Origin: a virus
Lineage: Duplodnaviria > Caudoviricetes
DNA: 64,000 nt
IMG/VR virus record: IMGVR_UViG_3300031519_000018
Location: 7,511-71,510 of that record
Strand: one strand, 5' to 3'
Shown here in pieces: positions 47,073-54,147 of the stretch. The first letter of the stretch is position 1, and every line of letters starts with the position of its first letter. The notes under the pieces are model-generated. The model saw only the letters and a program-made list of their open reading frames with translations, was not told the origin of the DNA and ran no database searches. Position numbers and translations under genes: made by a program.

Positions 47073-47369
47073 TTACGATACTACTACCGCTGAAGGTACT
47101 AATGCGTCAGTTGTAATGTCTACAGCTTGTAGAGCTAGTTGAGAATCTCCCATTAACGTGTTGAAAGCTGCTTGAAAAGCCTCAATAGCTTTCCAATCTG
47201 CTACAGCAGCAACTGTAATAGTGATTAGATTGTGTGAACTACTTACTAGTAAAGAAGTTGCGTTGTGTGTAGCTTGTCCAAAATTAGTTTGACTATCTAC
47301 TGTTAGATAGTGTGTGTAAGATTGTGCTCCGTTGTTTACCAAGAATGATAATTGTTTTTTACATGCCAT
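47073..47369 (-). CDS. Hypothetical protein
   Basis: ORF track; A-rich leader. Confidence 0.6.
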   Translation of the reverse strand: MACKKQLSFLVNNGAQSYTHYLTVDSQTNFGQATHNATSLLVSSSHNLITITVAAVADWKAIEAFQAAFNTLMGDSQLALQAVDITTDALVPSAVVVS

Positions 47370-47429
47370 AATTAATTGTTTTTGTTTGTCCTTTCGGACG
47401 TTAGTATTTGTTATTAGGTATTAGGTTAA

Positions 47430-47672
47430 TTAAGTAGCATACCTACTGCCACTTTCTTTTTTAGTTCCTTGTCCGTCATTTCCTCTATTCTTAGAAGGAG
47501 TTTCGTACCGCTGATCTTTATGATCATAGTCCATACCCTCTGACGCTCTGGGATTCTTTCTAGCCATACGTTGAGCATGTGCTTTTTTAGCTCTCCTAGC
47601 CGGTGTTTTAGCGAATGCTAGATCACGTGCCGCTTTGTCTCTTCTTGCTTGAGCTGATAGCTTTTGTCCCAT
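47430..47672 (-). CDS. Basic hypothetical protein (start re-called at MGQKL)
   Basis: First gene of the leftward operon. Confidence 0.55.
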   Translation of the reverse strand: MGQKLSAQARRDKAARDLAFAKTPARRAKKAHAQRMARKNPRASEGMDYDHKDQRYETPSKNRGNDGQGTKKESGSRYAT

Positions 47673-47711
47673 AGGATATATAGTTACATAATATATAAAA
47701 AAATTAAAACA

Positions 47712-47754
47712 GGACATTAGCCCCTTACTTATATACCTTATAAGGCTAGTGTCA
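47712..47754. promoter_or_regulatory. 43-bp (T/G)GACA-N33-TGTCA inverted-repeat element, copy 1
   Basis: GACATTAGCC / GGCTAGTGTC arms; homologous to 56204..56246. Confidence 0.55.
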
Positions 47755-48295
47755 TAAAAAAAAATGTAACATAATTAGAGGTATAGCGTTGCCCCTACCT
47801 CTCACGACACACCGCGATTTTGGAAAGTCAATCCTCTCAACCCAGCCCCTATAGTCTCCTCGTTTCACCATAGACATACCCCCTTCAGTGTATAGCATCT
47901 TACCTTACCTTGTCACACCACACTTTCTTTTTCCCCATACATTCCACATATTACCCTGGCCTACCCACCCCACCACCTCACTACCTCATCATGTGATCAT
48001 ATCATTGTCCCATGTTATGTGATCATGTGTCTCATCGTCTCATGTTATGTTATGATCTTATTACATTCTTATTATCCACATTACATCGTACTACTTATGT
48101 ATGTACACACCTCACTACCCTGTGTATAGCACCACCCCCTCCCCCCTCCCTACCTCACTATGACATCTTGTCACTACCACATATGACTGATTGTCATGAC
48201 ATTACGACATATGACATCTTGTCACGACTATGACACATTGACACATGGTACAATACTATTTTACTAATTTCTATTACTAAACAATTATACTACCT

Positions 48296-48327
48296 TTACA
48301 ATACTAATACGAGTTTAAACAGATAAT
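48296..48327 (+). promoter_or_regulatory. Early promoter-like motif copy 1 (WTACAA-N4-AATACGA-N9-GATAAT)
   Basis: One of 7 equally spaced copies. Confidence 0.7.
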
Positions 48328-48533
48328 AATAACGTAACCAATTAAAACTTTATATTATCAAAATAACTACAAACAAATATCAAATTAAAAAAACTATTAA
48401 TATTCTAACTAATAATCATTATAATATTAAATCTTTAAACAATAAAATAATTATATTATCTCAATATCAATTAAATAATATAACTAAATTATTAAATACT
48501 AATTATATAAAATATAAAATAACTCAATAAATA

Positions 48534-48565
48534 TTACAAAACTAATACGATCTGTTTCAGATAAT
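48534..48565 (+). promoter_or_regulatory. Early promoter-like motif copy 2
   Basis: TTACAAAACTAATACGATCTGTTTCAGATAAT. Confidence 0.7.
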
Positions 48566-48612
48566 ATATATGTAATCAACTAATAAATAATAATAACTTA
48601 AATAAATAAACT

Positions 48613-48840
48613 ATGTCAAAATTAAATTCAAAAAGATTCGTAATCAGAAAATCTTTAATCGGTAAAAATCAAATTATTACTGTCAACTTCAAAAACGGTA
48701 AAACAGTTACTTATAATCACGATAAAGTGTATGAAGTAATGAAGTCTAAACTCGACACAATGAATTGTTTCATCAAGTATAAATCATATACTTCTTCTAC
48801 TTCAGTTCCTGTATCTGTCAGAGATTTAATGGAAGTATAA
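48613..48840 (+). CDS. First early gene, hypothetical
   Basis: ORF with AAATAAACTATG leader. Confidence 0.7.
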   Translation: MSKLNSKRFVIRKSLIGKNQIITVNFKNGKTVTYNHDKVYEVMKSKLDTMNCFIKYKSYTSSTSVPVSVRDLMEV

Positions 48841-48899
48841 TATACTTTCAAAATGGTGACTCACCGAACCAGATTAATACACAAACTGGTGAGATCTTA

Positions 48900-49017
48900 G
48901 GAGTGAATGGGTCGGTAGTAAATCGTAACGTACTTAATATAGATGGAAAACTCTATAACGTTAGTAGATAAATCGTGTACGTGTATGACAAAGGTTCAAT
49001 TCCTTTCCACTCCACTA
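48900..49017 (+). ncRNA. tmRNA/tRNA-like RNA, 115 nt (acceptor stem + T-arm + P2-like helix)
   Basis: GGAGTG/CACTCC-A acceptor, GAC-AAAGG-TTCAATT-CCTTT T-arm, ACGTAC/GTACGT helix. Confidence 0.55.
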
Positions 49018-49044
49018 ATAATAATAATAAAATAAAACTAAACT

Positions 49045-49194
49045 ATGAGAAAATTTCATCACAACAAAGTATTAAATATACTTACAGGAGTAGTAGTATA
49101 CTCTTCAGTCACACTAATAATAACTTGTTCACTAATGATATTGTTTAATCTTTTTGTAAACGGTGCTCCAACTTCCTTCGGAATATACGGGTAA
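49045..49194 (+). CDS. Small membrane protein (49 aa)
   Basis: Hand translation; long hydrophobic stretch. Confidence 0.6.
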   Translation: MRKFHHNKVLNILTGVVVYSSVTLIITCSLMILFNLFVNGAPTSFGIYG

Positions 49195-49225
49195 TACAAA
49201 ATAAATACGACTCAATATCGATAAT
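49194..49225 (+). promoter_or_regulatory. Early promoter-like motif copy 3
   Basis: ATACAAAATAAATACGACTCAATATCGATAAT. Confidence 0.7.
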
Positions 49226-49240
49226 ATAATAAAACAAACT

Positions 49241-49363
49241 ATGAAAAATCTAATTAATCAAATCAAATCTCAATTTCCATTCAATCCAGAATCCGACTGT
49301 CGAGAAAAATATAACGAATTCATAATGGATTATTTATATGAAGAAATAATAATAAACCTATAA
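49241..49363 (+). CDS. Small early protein (40 aa)
   Basis: Hand translation MKNLINQIKSQFPF...; AACTATG leader. Confidence 0.5.
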   Translation: MKNLINQIKSQFPFNPESDCREKYNEFIMDYLYEEIIINL

Positions 49364-49367
49364 TAAT

Positions 49368-49502
49368 ATGAAATATACACTAACCTGTGATAACGGTAAA
49401 GAAATCGATATGACTTCTTACATAATCCAACAATCAGAAAACAAAATAACTAGACAAGATGTTCTTAACAGAATAGAGTTCTATAAATCAACTAATAAAT
49501 AA
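49368..49502 (+). CDS. Small early protein (44 aa)
   Basis: MKYTLTCDNGKEIDMT... Confidence 0.55.
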   Translation: MKYTLTCDNGKEIDMTSYIIQQSENKITRQDVLNRIEFYKSTNK

Positions 49503-49521
49503 CTAATAAAAATAAATAACT

Positions 49522-49641
49522 ATGTCAACATTCTCATACACACTACTAAAAATCTCGTGGAATCTCTACGACAAACATTACACTAAATTAACTGAAGAAC
49601 AAAAATCTAAAGTAATGAGTATTTACTATGACTTTTACTAA
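49522..49641 (+). CDS. Small early protein (39 aa)
   Basis: MSTFSYTLLKISW...; AACTATG leader. Confidence 0.55.
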   Translation: MSTFSYTLLKISWNLYDKHYTKLTEEQKSKVMSIYYDFY

Positions 49642-49651
49642 AATAAATACT

Positions 49652-49849
49652 ATGAAATATAAAGATTATCCTCAAGAACAGATCGACGCGAAACTTAAAC
49701 AAGTCGAAGAGTTCGAGTTAAAATTCGGTGTAAAACCAGTAAGTAAATCATGGAGAAAATGGTGTACTGATACTAAATACAGACAAAACGAGTGGAAATT
49801 CAGACAGAATATTGCAAACAGTGTTCAACCTAATGTAGATTACAGATGA
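49652..49849 (+). CDS. Early hypothetical protein (start re-called at MKYKDY)
   Basis: ORF track; leader. Confidence 0.6.
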   Translation: MKYKDYPQEQIDAKLKQVEEFELKFGVKPVSKSWRKWCTDTKYRQNEWKFRQNIANSVQPNVDYR

Positions 49850-49958
49850 GAAAACATTCACACAAAGTATTATTTAAGATCACCAACAAACAAGTTGAAG
49901 CAATCGAGAGACAATACTGGGCAAAATATAACAATGATACATTAGAATCTATGTTATT

Positions 49959-49990
49959 TTACAAACAAAATACGAATCAATAACGATAAT
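49959..49990 (+). promoter_or_regulatory. Early promoter-like motif copy 4
   Basis: TTACAAACAAAATACGAATCAATAACGATAAT. Confidence 0.7.
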
Positions 49991-50001
49991 ATAATAAAAC
50001 T

Positions 50002-50202
50002 ATGAACGCAATTAAATTTATTAACAAATCAACTATTAAATTAAACAATATAACTTACAAAGGTTATCCAATCGGCGAGCTACCTAAAAGGTTTGCTTTT
50101 ATTTACAATGCAGATACTGAACAAGAAGGTATCACTGAGTGGTTCAATTACAAAGGTCTTACTTATGTAGAACACACGCCTTCATTCTGGTCTTATGTCT
50201 AG
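50002..50202 (+). CDS. Early hypothetical protein
   Basis: ORF track. Confidence 0.65.
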   Translation: MNAIKFINKSTIKLNNITYKGYPIGELPKRFAFIYNADTEQEGITEWFNYKGLTYVEHTPSFWSYV

Positions 50203-50452
50203 TCCGAGTAATATGAAGGAGCTTCTTAACTATGCTGAAGCTCAGAAAAAAATCAGAGCAGACGGGCATAGACGTCTAACTCTCCTCAACGGATCGTGCA
50301 GTGGACTCACTGACAAAGAGTACAACAAAGTTGTAACAGGTCAGAAATCTAGTTTCGCGAAGGCTAGAAAGTTCACTCACAACCGTATGTGGCAAGAAAC
50401 TCACAAGAAGTTTGACATTAAAGAATTAAAACTAATAAAACAAACACTATGA
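50195..50452 (+). CDS. Early hypothetical protein
   Basis: ORF track, overlapping start/stop. Confidence 0.6.
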   Translation: MSSPSNMKELLNYAEAQKKIRADGHRRLTLLNGSCSGLTDKEYNKVVTGQKSSFAKARKFTHNRMWQETHKKFDIKELKLIKQTL

Positions 50453-50580
50453 AAATAGAATTAACAGAAAACGATTGTACTTTTGTACACTATGTACTAC
50501 GTATGTACGCTAACCAAACACCTGGTTTAGACCAAGAAGACAAAGATGAAATACGTGAAGTCGCGGCTAAATTTAAATAA
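50449..50580 (+). CDS. Small early protein (43 aa)
   Basis: MKIELTENDCTFVHYVLRMY... Confidence 0.55.
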   Translation: MKIELTENDCTFVHYVLRMYANQTPGLDQEDKDEIREVAAKFK

Positions 50581-50581
50581 T

Positions 50582-50782
50582 ATGACAGAAAAAATAAAAG
50601 ACTTCGTAGAACACGAATTAAAGATGTTAGATCGTGGTATCGTAGCTACACCTAAAGAAGAGGTATTAGATATGTTTGCACAAGCAAACCATGGAACAAA
50701 TGACTTCTTACTAATGCAAATGGCAAAAAACTATGGCTATAAATTAGCTTTATTAAACATGAAAGACAGATTTTATGAGTAA
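50582..50782 (+). CDS. Early hypothetical protein (start re-called at MTEKIK)
   Basis: ORF track. Confidence 0.6.
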   Translation: MTEKIKDFVEHELKMLDRGIVATPKEEVLDMFAQANHGTNDFLLMQMAKNYGYKLALLNMKDRFYE

Positions 50783-50951
50783 AATGAAAGAACTAGATCT
50801 TATAGCACAAGGCGTTGCGGATCACGTGAAAGAAATAATAGAAGATACTGTAGATTGGCAATTAGCTGATGTGGAATTAAGCGGTGATAGATATTTAGAA
50901 ATGAAAGAATACGTAATAAACGTAGCGTTAAACAAATTATTACAAACATAA
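50775..50951 (+). CDS. Small acidic early protein (58 aa)
   Basis: MSKMKELDLIAQGVADHV... Confidence 0.55.
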   Translation: MSKMKELDLIAQGVADHVKEIIEDTVDWQLADVELSGDRYLEMKEYVINVALNKLLQT

Positions 50952-50971
50952 TACGATTGAATTCAGATAAT
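50940..50971 (+). promoter_or_regulatory. Early promoter-like motif copy 5
   Basis: TTACAAACATAATACGATTGAATTCAGATAAT. Confidence 0.7.
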
Positions 50972-50998
50972 ATAAATGTAACAAATAAATAATAAACT

Positions 50999-51187
50999 AT
51001 GTATTGTAGATGTGGAAGTAATGTGCACGAAGTGCGAATCAAATTAGGTTATAAAACCTGTATGCCTTGTAGTACAACACAGACATATTCTTATGTGCCT
51101 ATTATCGAGCACAAAACAGGTAATACAATACAAATCGTCAGTCAAGAAGTAAGTGCATCAGTGCATAGAGCTTGGCGGCGTAAATAA
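50999..51187 (+). CDS. Small C4 zinc-finger protein
   Basis: CRC...CMPC. Confidence 0.6.
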   Translation: MYCRCGSNVHEVRIKLGYKTCMPCSTTQTYSYVPIIEHKTGNTIQIVSQEVSASVHRAWRRK

Positions 51188-51405
51188 GTCCTAACAAACC
51201 AGCAAGACCAAAAAAGACTCTTGCAAAGGATTAGGCAGGTAGCTAGACGAGTAGCTTAATTAGATGAGTTTGAAGCTAACCATGAAAAATAGGTTAGATG
51301 ATGGATTCTCATACATAAGTGAATTGCTAGTAGCTAGATGACGAGGCAGGAGGGCAATCGCGACGATAAATTCTGCGGTTGTTTTCAGAGGCCGATTCTA
51401 GCGGC

Positions 51406-51474
51406 AACTAGGTATGGGTGCTCCGACCGGGCGTGCTACTGACGAGTATGAGGGTTCGATTCCCTCGCTAGTTA
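51406..51474 (+). ncRNA. Degenerate tRNA-like element
   Basis: AACTAG/CTAGTT acceptor-like stem; GAGGG-TTCGATT-CCCTC T-arm; non-canonical D and anticodon arms. Confidence 0.4.
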
Positions 51475-51542
51475 CAAATGTGCAGCGAATAAATAACGAC
51501 GAGCCTTAACCAACAGGATCAAGCGAGCATGACTGCACACAC

Positions 51543-51623
51543 GGGGGTGACTTGGTATTGACGTGATAGAAAGCCTATATGGAACTATTGCGGAAGAGAG
51601 TTCGAATCTCTCCACCTCCACTA
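51543..51623 (+). ncRNA. Minimal tmRNA: tRNA-like domain only, no tag ORF or pseudoknots
   Basis: GGGGGTG/CACCTCC-A with G3-U70; unpaired D-loop ACTTGGTATTGA; 8-bp P2a; GAA; GAGAG-TTCGAAT-CTCTC. Confidence 0.8.
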
Positions 51624-51642
51624 AACTTAAAATAAAATAACT

Positions 51643-51792
51643 ATGAAAAATCTTTATGAACAATTAGATGAGTTAATAGATACTATTAAATACTCACACG
51701 CTGCAGGTAATGAAGATCCTGATTACTTAGACGATGAATACTTTGAAGACGTTATAGAAGCGTGCAAAGAAATTGTAGAGTATACAAAATAA
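51643..51792 (+). CDS. Small acidic protein (49 aa), N-terminus MKNLYEQL shared with next gene
   Basis: Hand translation. Confidence 0.55.
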   Translation: MKNLYEQLDELIDTIKYSHAAGNEDPDYLDDEYFEDVIEACKEIVEYTK

Positions 51793-51813
51793 ATACGAAT
51801 AAAAACCGATAAT
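51782..51813 (+). promoter_or_regulatory. Early promoter-like motif copy 6
   Basis: ATACAAAATAAATACGAATAAAAACCGATAAT. Confidence 0.7.
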
Positions 51814-51825
51814 ATAATAAAACAA

Positions 51826-52035
51826 ATGCAAAAATTAAATCTTTACGAACAACTAAAGCCTGAATACAAAACAAGTATCAGCGAAAACTTTAAAAACAGA
51901 AAACATTCACACGATGCTTTAATAAGAGCTCTCAGCGATGAGTACTACTTTACTGAAGTAAAATATGGTGACGCGTTTGATATTATGAATTCATGTGATC
52001 TAGATTTTCTAGGTGACGCATTTAACAAAAAATAA
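51826..52035 (+). CDS. Early hypothetical protein
   Basis: ORF track. Confidence 0.65.
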   Translation: MQKLNLYEQLKPEYKTSISENFKNRKHSHDALIRALSDEYYFTEVKYGDAFDIMNSCDLDFLGDAFNKK

Positions 52036-52037
52036 CT

Positions 52038-52469
52038 ATGACAAATTTACAAGAAGCAATTATGAACGAATACACAACTCCAAAAAACGACTGGAGACAA
52101 AGAAGAGTAGAATTAGTAGATTTATTTGCTAAAAGAATGTACGTTGAGTACAATATCAAAGAAATGACTACTGATAGACAAAAACAAAATGGCACAAGAC
52201 AATTTGTTTTACCTAATGGTGATCAACTAGCGTCTTACAAAACAGGCTATGTCAGAAGATGTAACTCAAGTGATAGAATATATCAACTAAACAAAATGTA
52301 TAAACGCGAAGAAAGATGGACTGTAATGACAGACGGTAAGCTAAGAACTATAAAATCTATATGTCATGCTAGAGAATTAATACATGATCCGCTTGCTAGA
52401 CTAGTATACATTATAGAATTCTGCAAAAGAAACTATGGAATGAGAAACTTAACACTATATGATTTTTAA
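52038..52469 (+). CDS. Early hypothetical protein
   Basis: ORF track. Confidence 0.65.
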   Translation: MTNLQEAIMNEYTTPKNDWRQRRVELVDLFAKRMYVEYNIKEMTTDRQKQNGTRQFVLPNGDQLASYKTGYVRRCNSSDRIYQLNKMYKREERWTVMTDGKLRTIKSICHARELIHDPLARLVYIIEFCKRNYGMRNLTLYDF

Positions 52470-52686
52470 TATGAGCAATTCAATAAGAAAATACAACGAA
52501 CTAGTAGAGTCTGGCGATATTATACCAGGACAAATGCCTCTTAAGCAAGATGATAAAATATATATTACAGCTTTAGAAAATAAATTACACGATATATCTT
52601 GGCGTTTACAAGAGTATTATGGTAATATGTCAGACAAAGACTACTTAATAAACAAAATAGATAATATAATAAATAAAGAATTATGA
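52459..52686 (+). CDS. Early hypothetical protein
   Basis: ORF track. Confidence 0.55.
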   Translation: MIFNMSNSIRKYNELVESGDIIPGQMPLKQDDKIYITALENKLHDISWRLQEYYGNMSDKDYLINKIDNIINKEL

Positions 52687-53045
52687 ACAAAGAAGAACTA
52701 GAAAAAAAAGTAAACGAGTTAGAAACAACACTAAACTCCGTAGAATTAAACGCTAAAGTATTAAAAGACGATTTAAAAGAAGCTAACAAAAAGCTAGCAA
52801 ACGTTAACAAGCCCGAGCTATATCCTTCTCAAGTCGATGAGATAAGAGAAGCTGTGCACCAAGCTTTGCAACAAATAAGCTTTGATGAAACAAGCTCTTA
52901 CAGCTATGACTTTGAAATCAATTACGATAATCAATTAGAACTATCTAACATAGAGTTTACTGACGTAGACGAGATCAACGAGACTGTGTGTGATTATATA
53001 GAAGATTGTTTTAATATTATACCTGCAGATGAAGATGAAAAATAA
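52683..53045 (+). CDS. Acidic coiled-coil early protein
   Basis: ORF track. Confidence 0.65.
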   Translation: MNKEELEKKVNELETTLNSVELNAKVLKDDLKEANKKLANVNKPELYPSQVDEIREAVHQALQQISFDETSSYSYDFEINYDNQLELSNIEFTDVDEINETVCDYIEDCFNIIPADEDEK

Positions 53046-53295
53046 ACAGACAATACCTAAATGGTTCAATGGCTCTGTATATGATAAAGGTGAAAAAGTT
53101 ACTAACCCTTTTAGTGGCGAATCTTACGATCTTAACAATATAGAGCTATCTTTGTATGACTTTATTATGGGTTGTAATCACGTGTTTGCTATTGGCTCTA
53201 ATAGAGTTAATGATGAAATGATAAAAGATTTTAATAAAGCATTAACTTGGTTTAGAACTAATAACACTAAAGCTTACATGGTATTACTTGATTAA
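53029..53295 (+). CDS. Early hypothetical protein
   Basis: ORF track. Confidence 0.65.
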   Translation: MKMKNKQTIPKWFNGSVYDKGEKVTNPFSGESYDLNNIELSLYDFIMGCNHVFAIGSNRVNDEMIKDFNKALTWFRTNNTKAYMVLLD

Positions 53296-53308
53296 TGCTA
53301 TACACATT

Positions 53309-53380
53309 TGCGCGGTAGAGCAGCGGTAGCTCGTTGGGTTCATATCCCAAAGGTCGGAGGTTCGAACCCTCCCTGCGCAC
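53309..53380 (+). tRNA. tRNA-Met(CAT), initiator-type
   Basis: Full cloverleaf; anticodon loop TTCATAT; GGG/CCC at end of anticodon stem and A11-U24 as in fMet tRNAs; CCA not encoded. Confidence 0.9.
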
Positions 53381-53399
53381 CTAAATTAAATAATAAATT

Positions 53400-53861
53400 A
53401 TGAGTACAAGAAGTTTAACAATGGTGGTAGATAGATCTGCCGCCGAAGACAACGAGCTAGGTTTTGCTTGCAACCCAAGTATACTTAGTGACAAAAGCTA
53501 TGTAAATATGTATTTACATCACGACGGTTATCCTGAATATCAAGGTGTACAATTAGCTAAATGGGCTGAATATATGCAAGAAGAGAAAGGTTTTAACAAC
53601 TTTGGCGATGGATCTAGAATAGCTTCACATTTAGCCTATGATTTTCATTACCCTAGTCAATACTTATATGCTGATGTAGGTGATATAGATCATGCTTATA
53701 CATATATACTATGGACAGGTAAATCTAATGTATGGATTAGCTGTTTTAGTCAATATAATAGTAAAAACATATTTGTTTTACCTATAAAAAAAGTAATAGA
53801 AAAGTACGCTGGTAAGTATATATATACTGACTGGGCTTACAAATCAAATACGAATCAATAA
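53400..53861 (+). CDS. Hypothetical protein (YLHHDGYP motif)
   Basis: ORF track. Confidence 0.7.
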   Translation: MSTRSLTMVVDRSAAEDNELGFACNPSILSDKSYVNMYLHHDGYPEYQGVQLAKWAEYMQEEKGFNNFGDGSRIASHLAYDFHYPSQYLYADVGDIDHAYTYILWTGKSNVWISCFSQYNSKNIFVLPIKKVIEKYAGKYIYTDWAYKSNTNQ

Positions 53862-53868
53862 CGATAAT
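53837..53868 (+). promoter_or_regulatory. Early promoter-like motif copy 7
   Basis: TTACAAATCAAATACGAATCAATAACGATAAT. Confidence 0.7.
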
Positions 53869-53877
53869 AAATATAAA

Positions 53878-54147
53878 ATGACTGACGAACAAATAGAAAA
53901 ATTTGCACAAAGAATTTCTGAACTTGTTATACAAGGCCTAGAAGGTAAACAAAAAGAATGGGACGATGATTTCATTAAAAATATAGACGTTTATACTCAA
54001 GATGATGAGGAACAAAGCCTGTTAACCGACCTAGCTACGTACATGACTCAGTTAGATTTTAACTTACAACAAGAGAATTACACAAAGTGTGATGAACTAA
54101 AGAAAAAAATAATTAAAGTAGAAAAACAACTAAATAAATTCAAATAA
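53878..54147 (+). CDS. Hypothetical protein with UVR-like C-terminal coil
   Basis: LQQENYTKCDELKKKI. Confidence 0.6.
   Translation: MTDEQIEKFAQRISELVIQGLEGKQKEWDDDFIKNIDVYTQDDEEQSLLTDLATYMTQLDFNLQQENYTKCDELKKKIIKVEKQLNKFK

Larger units (their letters stand above)
47780..48610. other. Non-coding strand-switch region: C-rich tract, TATGAC..TGTCAC iteron-like repeats, AT-rich tract; candidate origin or genome-end region
   Basis: No credible ORF; exact 16-mer TATGACATCTTGTCAC at 48159 and 48210. Confidence 0.5.

Noticed and set aside
47430-47672. HNH endonuclease (DYDHKD...NRG)
   Set aside because: Only a partial motif, spacing too short.
48012-48233. 73-aa ORF in the low-complexity region
   Set aside because: Arises from repeats and C-runs; no leader; region better explained as cis-acting DNA.
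51186-51540. Hammerhead, twister or HDV-like ribozyme in the RNA cluster
   Set aside because: No CUGANGA/GAAA core or other diagnostic core could be placed by eye.
51543-51623. Mini-tmRNA as an attP remnant of host ssrA
   Set aside because: Both 5' and 3' ends are present and joined by a closed P2a helix, and no integrase is seen; not fully excluded.
48296-53868. Repeated motif as a CRISPR array
   Set aside because: Copies are irregularly spaced by hundreds of bp with genes between them; no cas genes.
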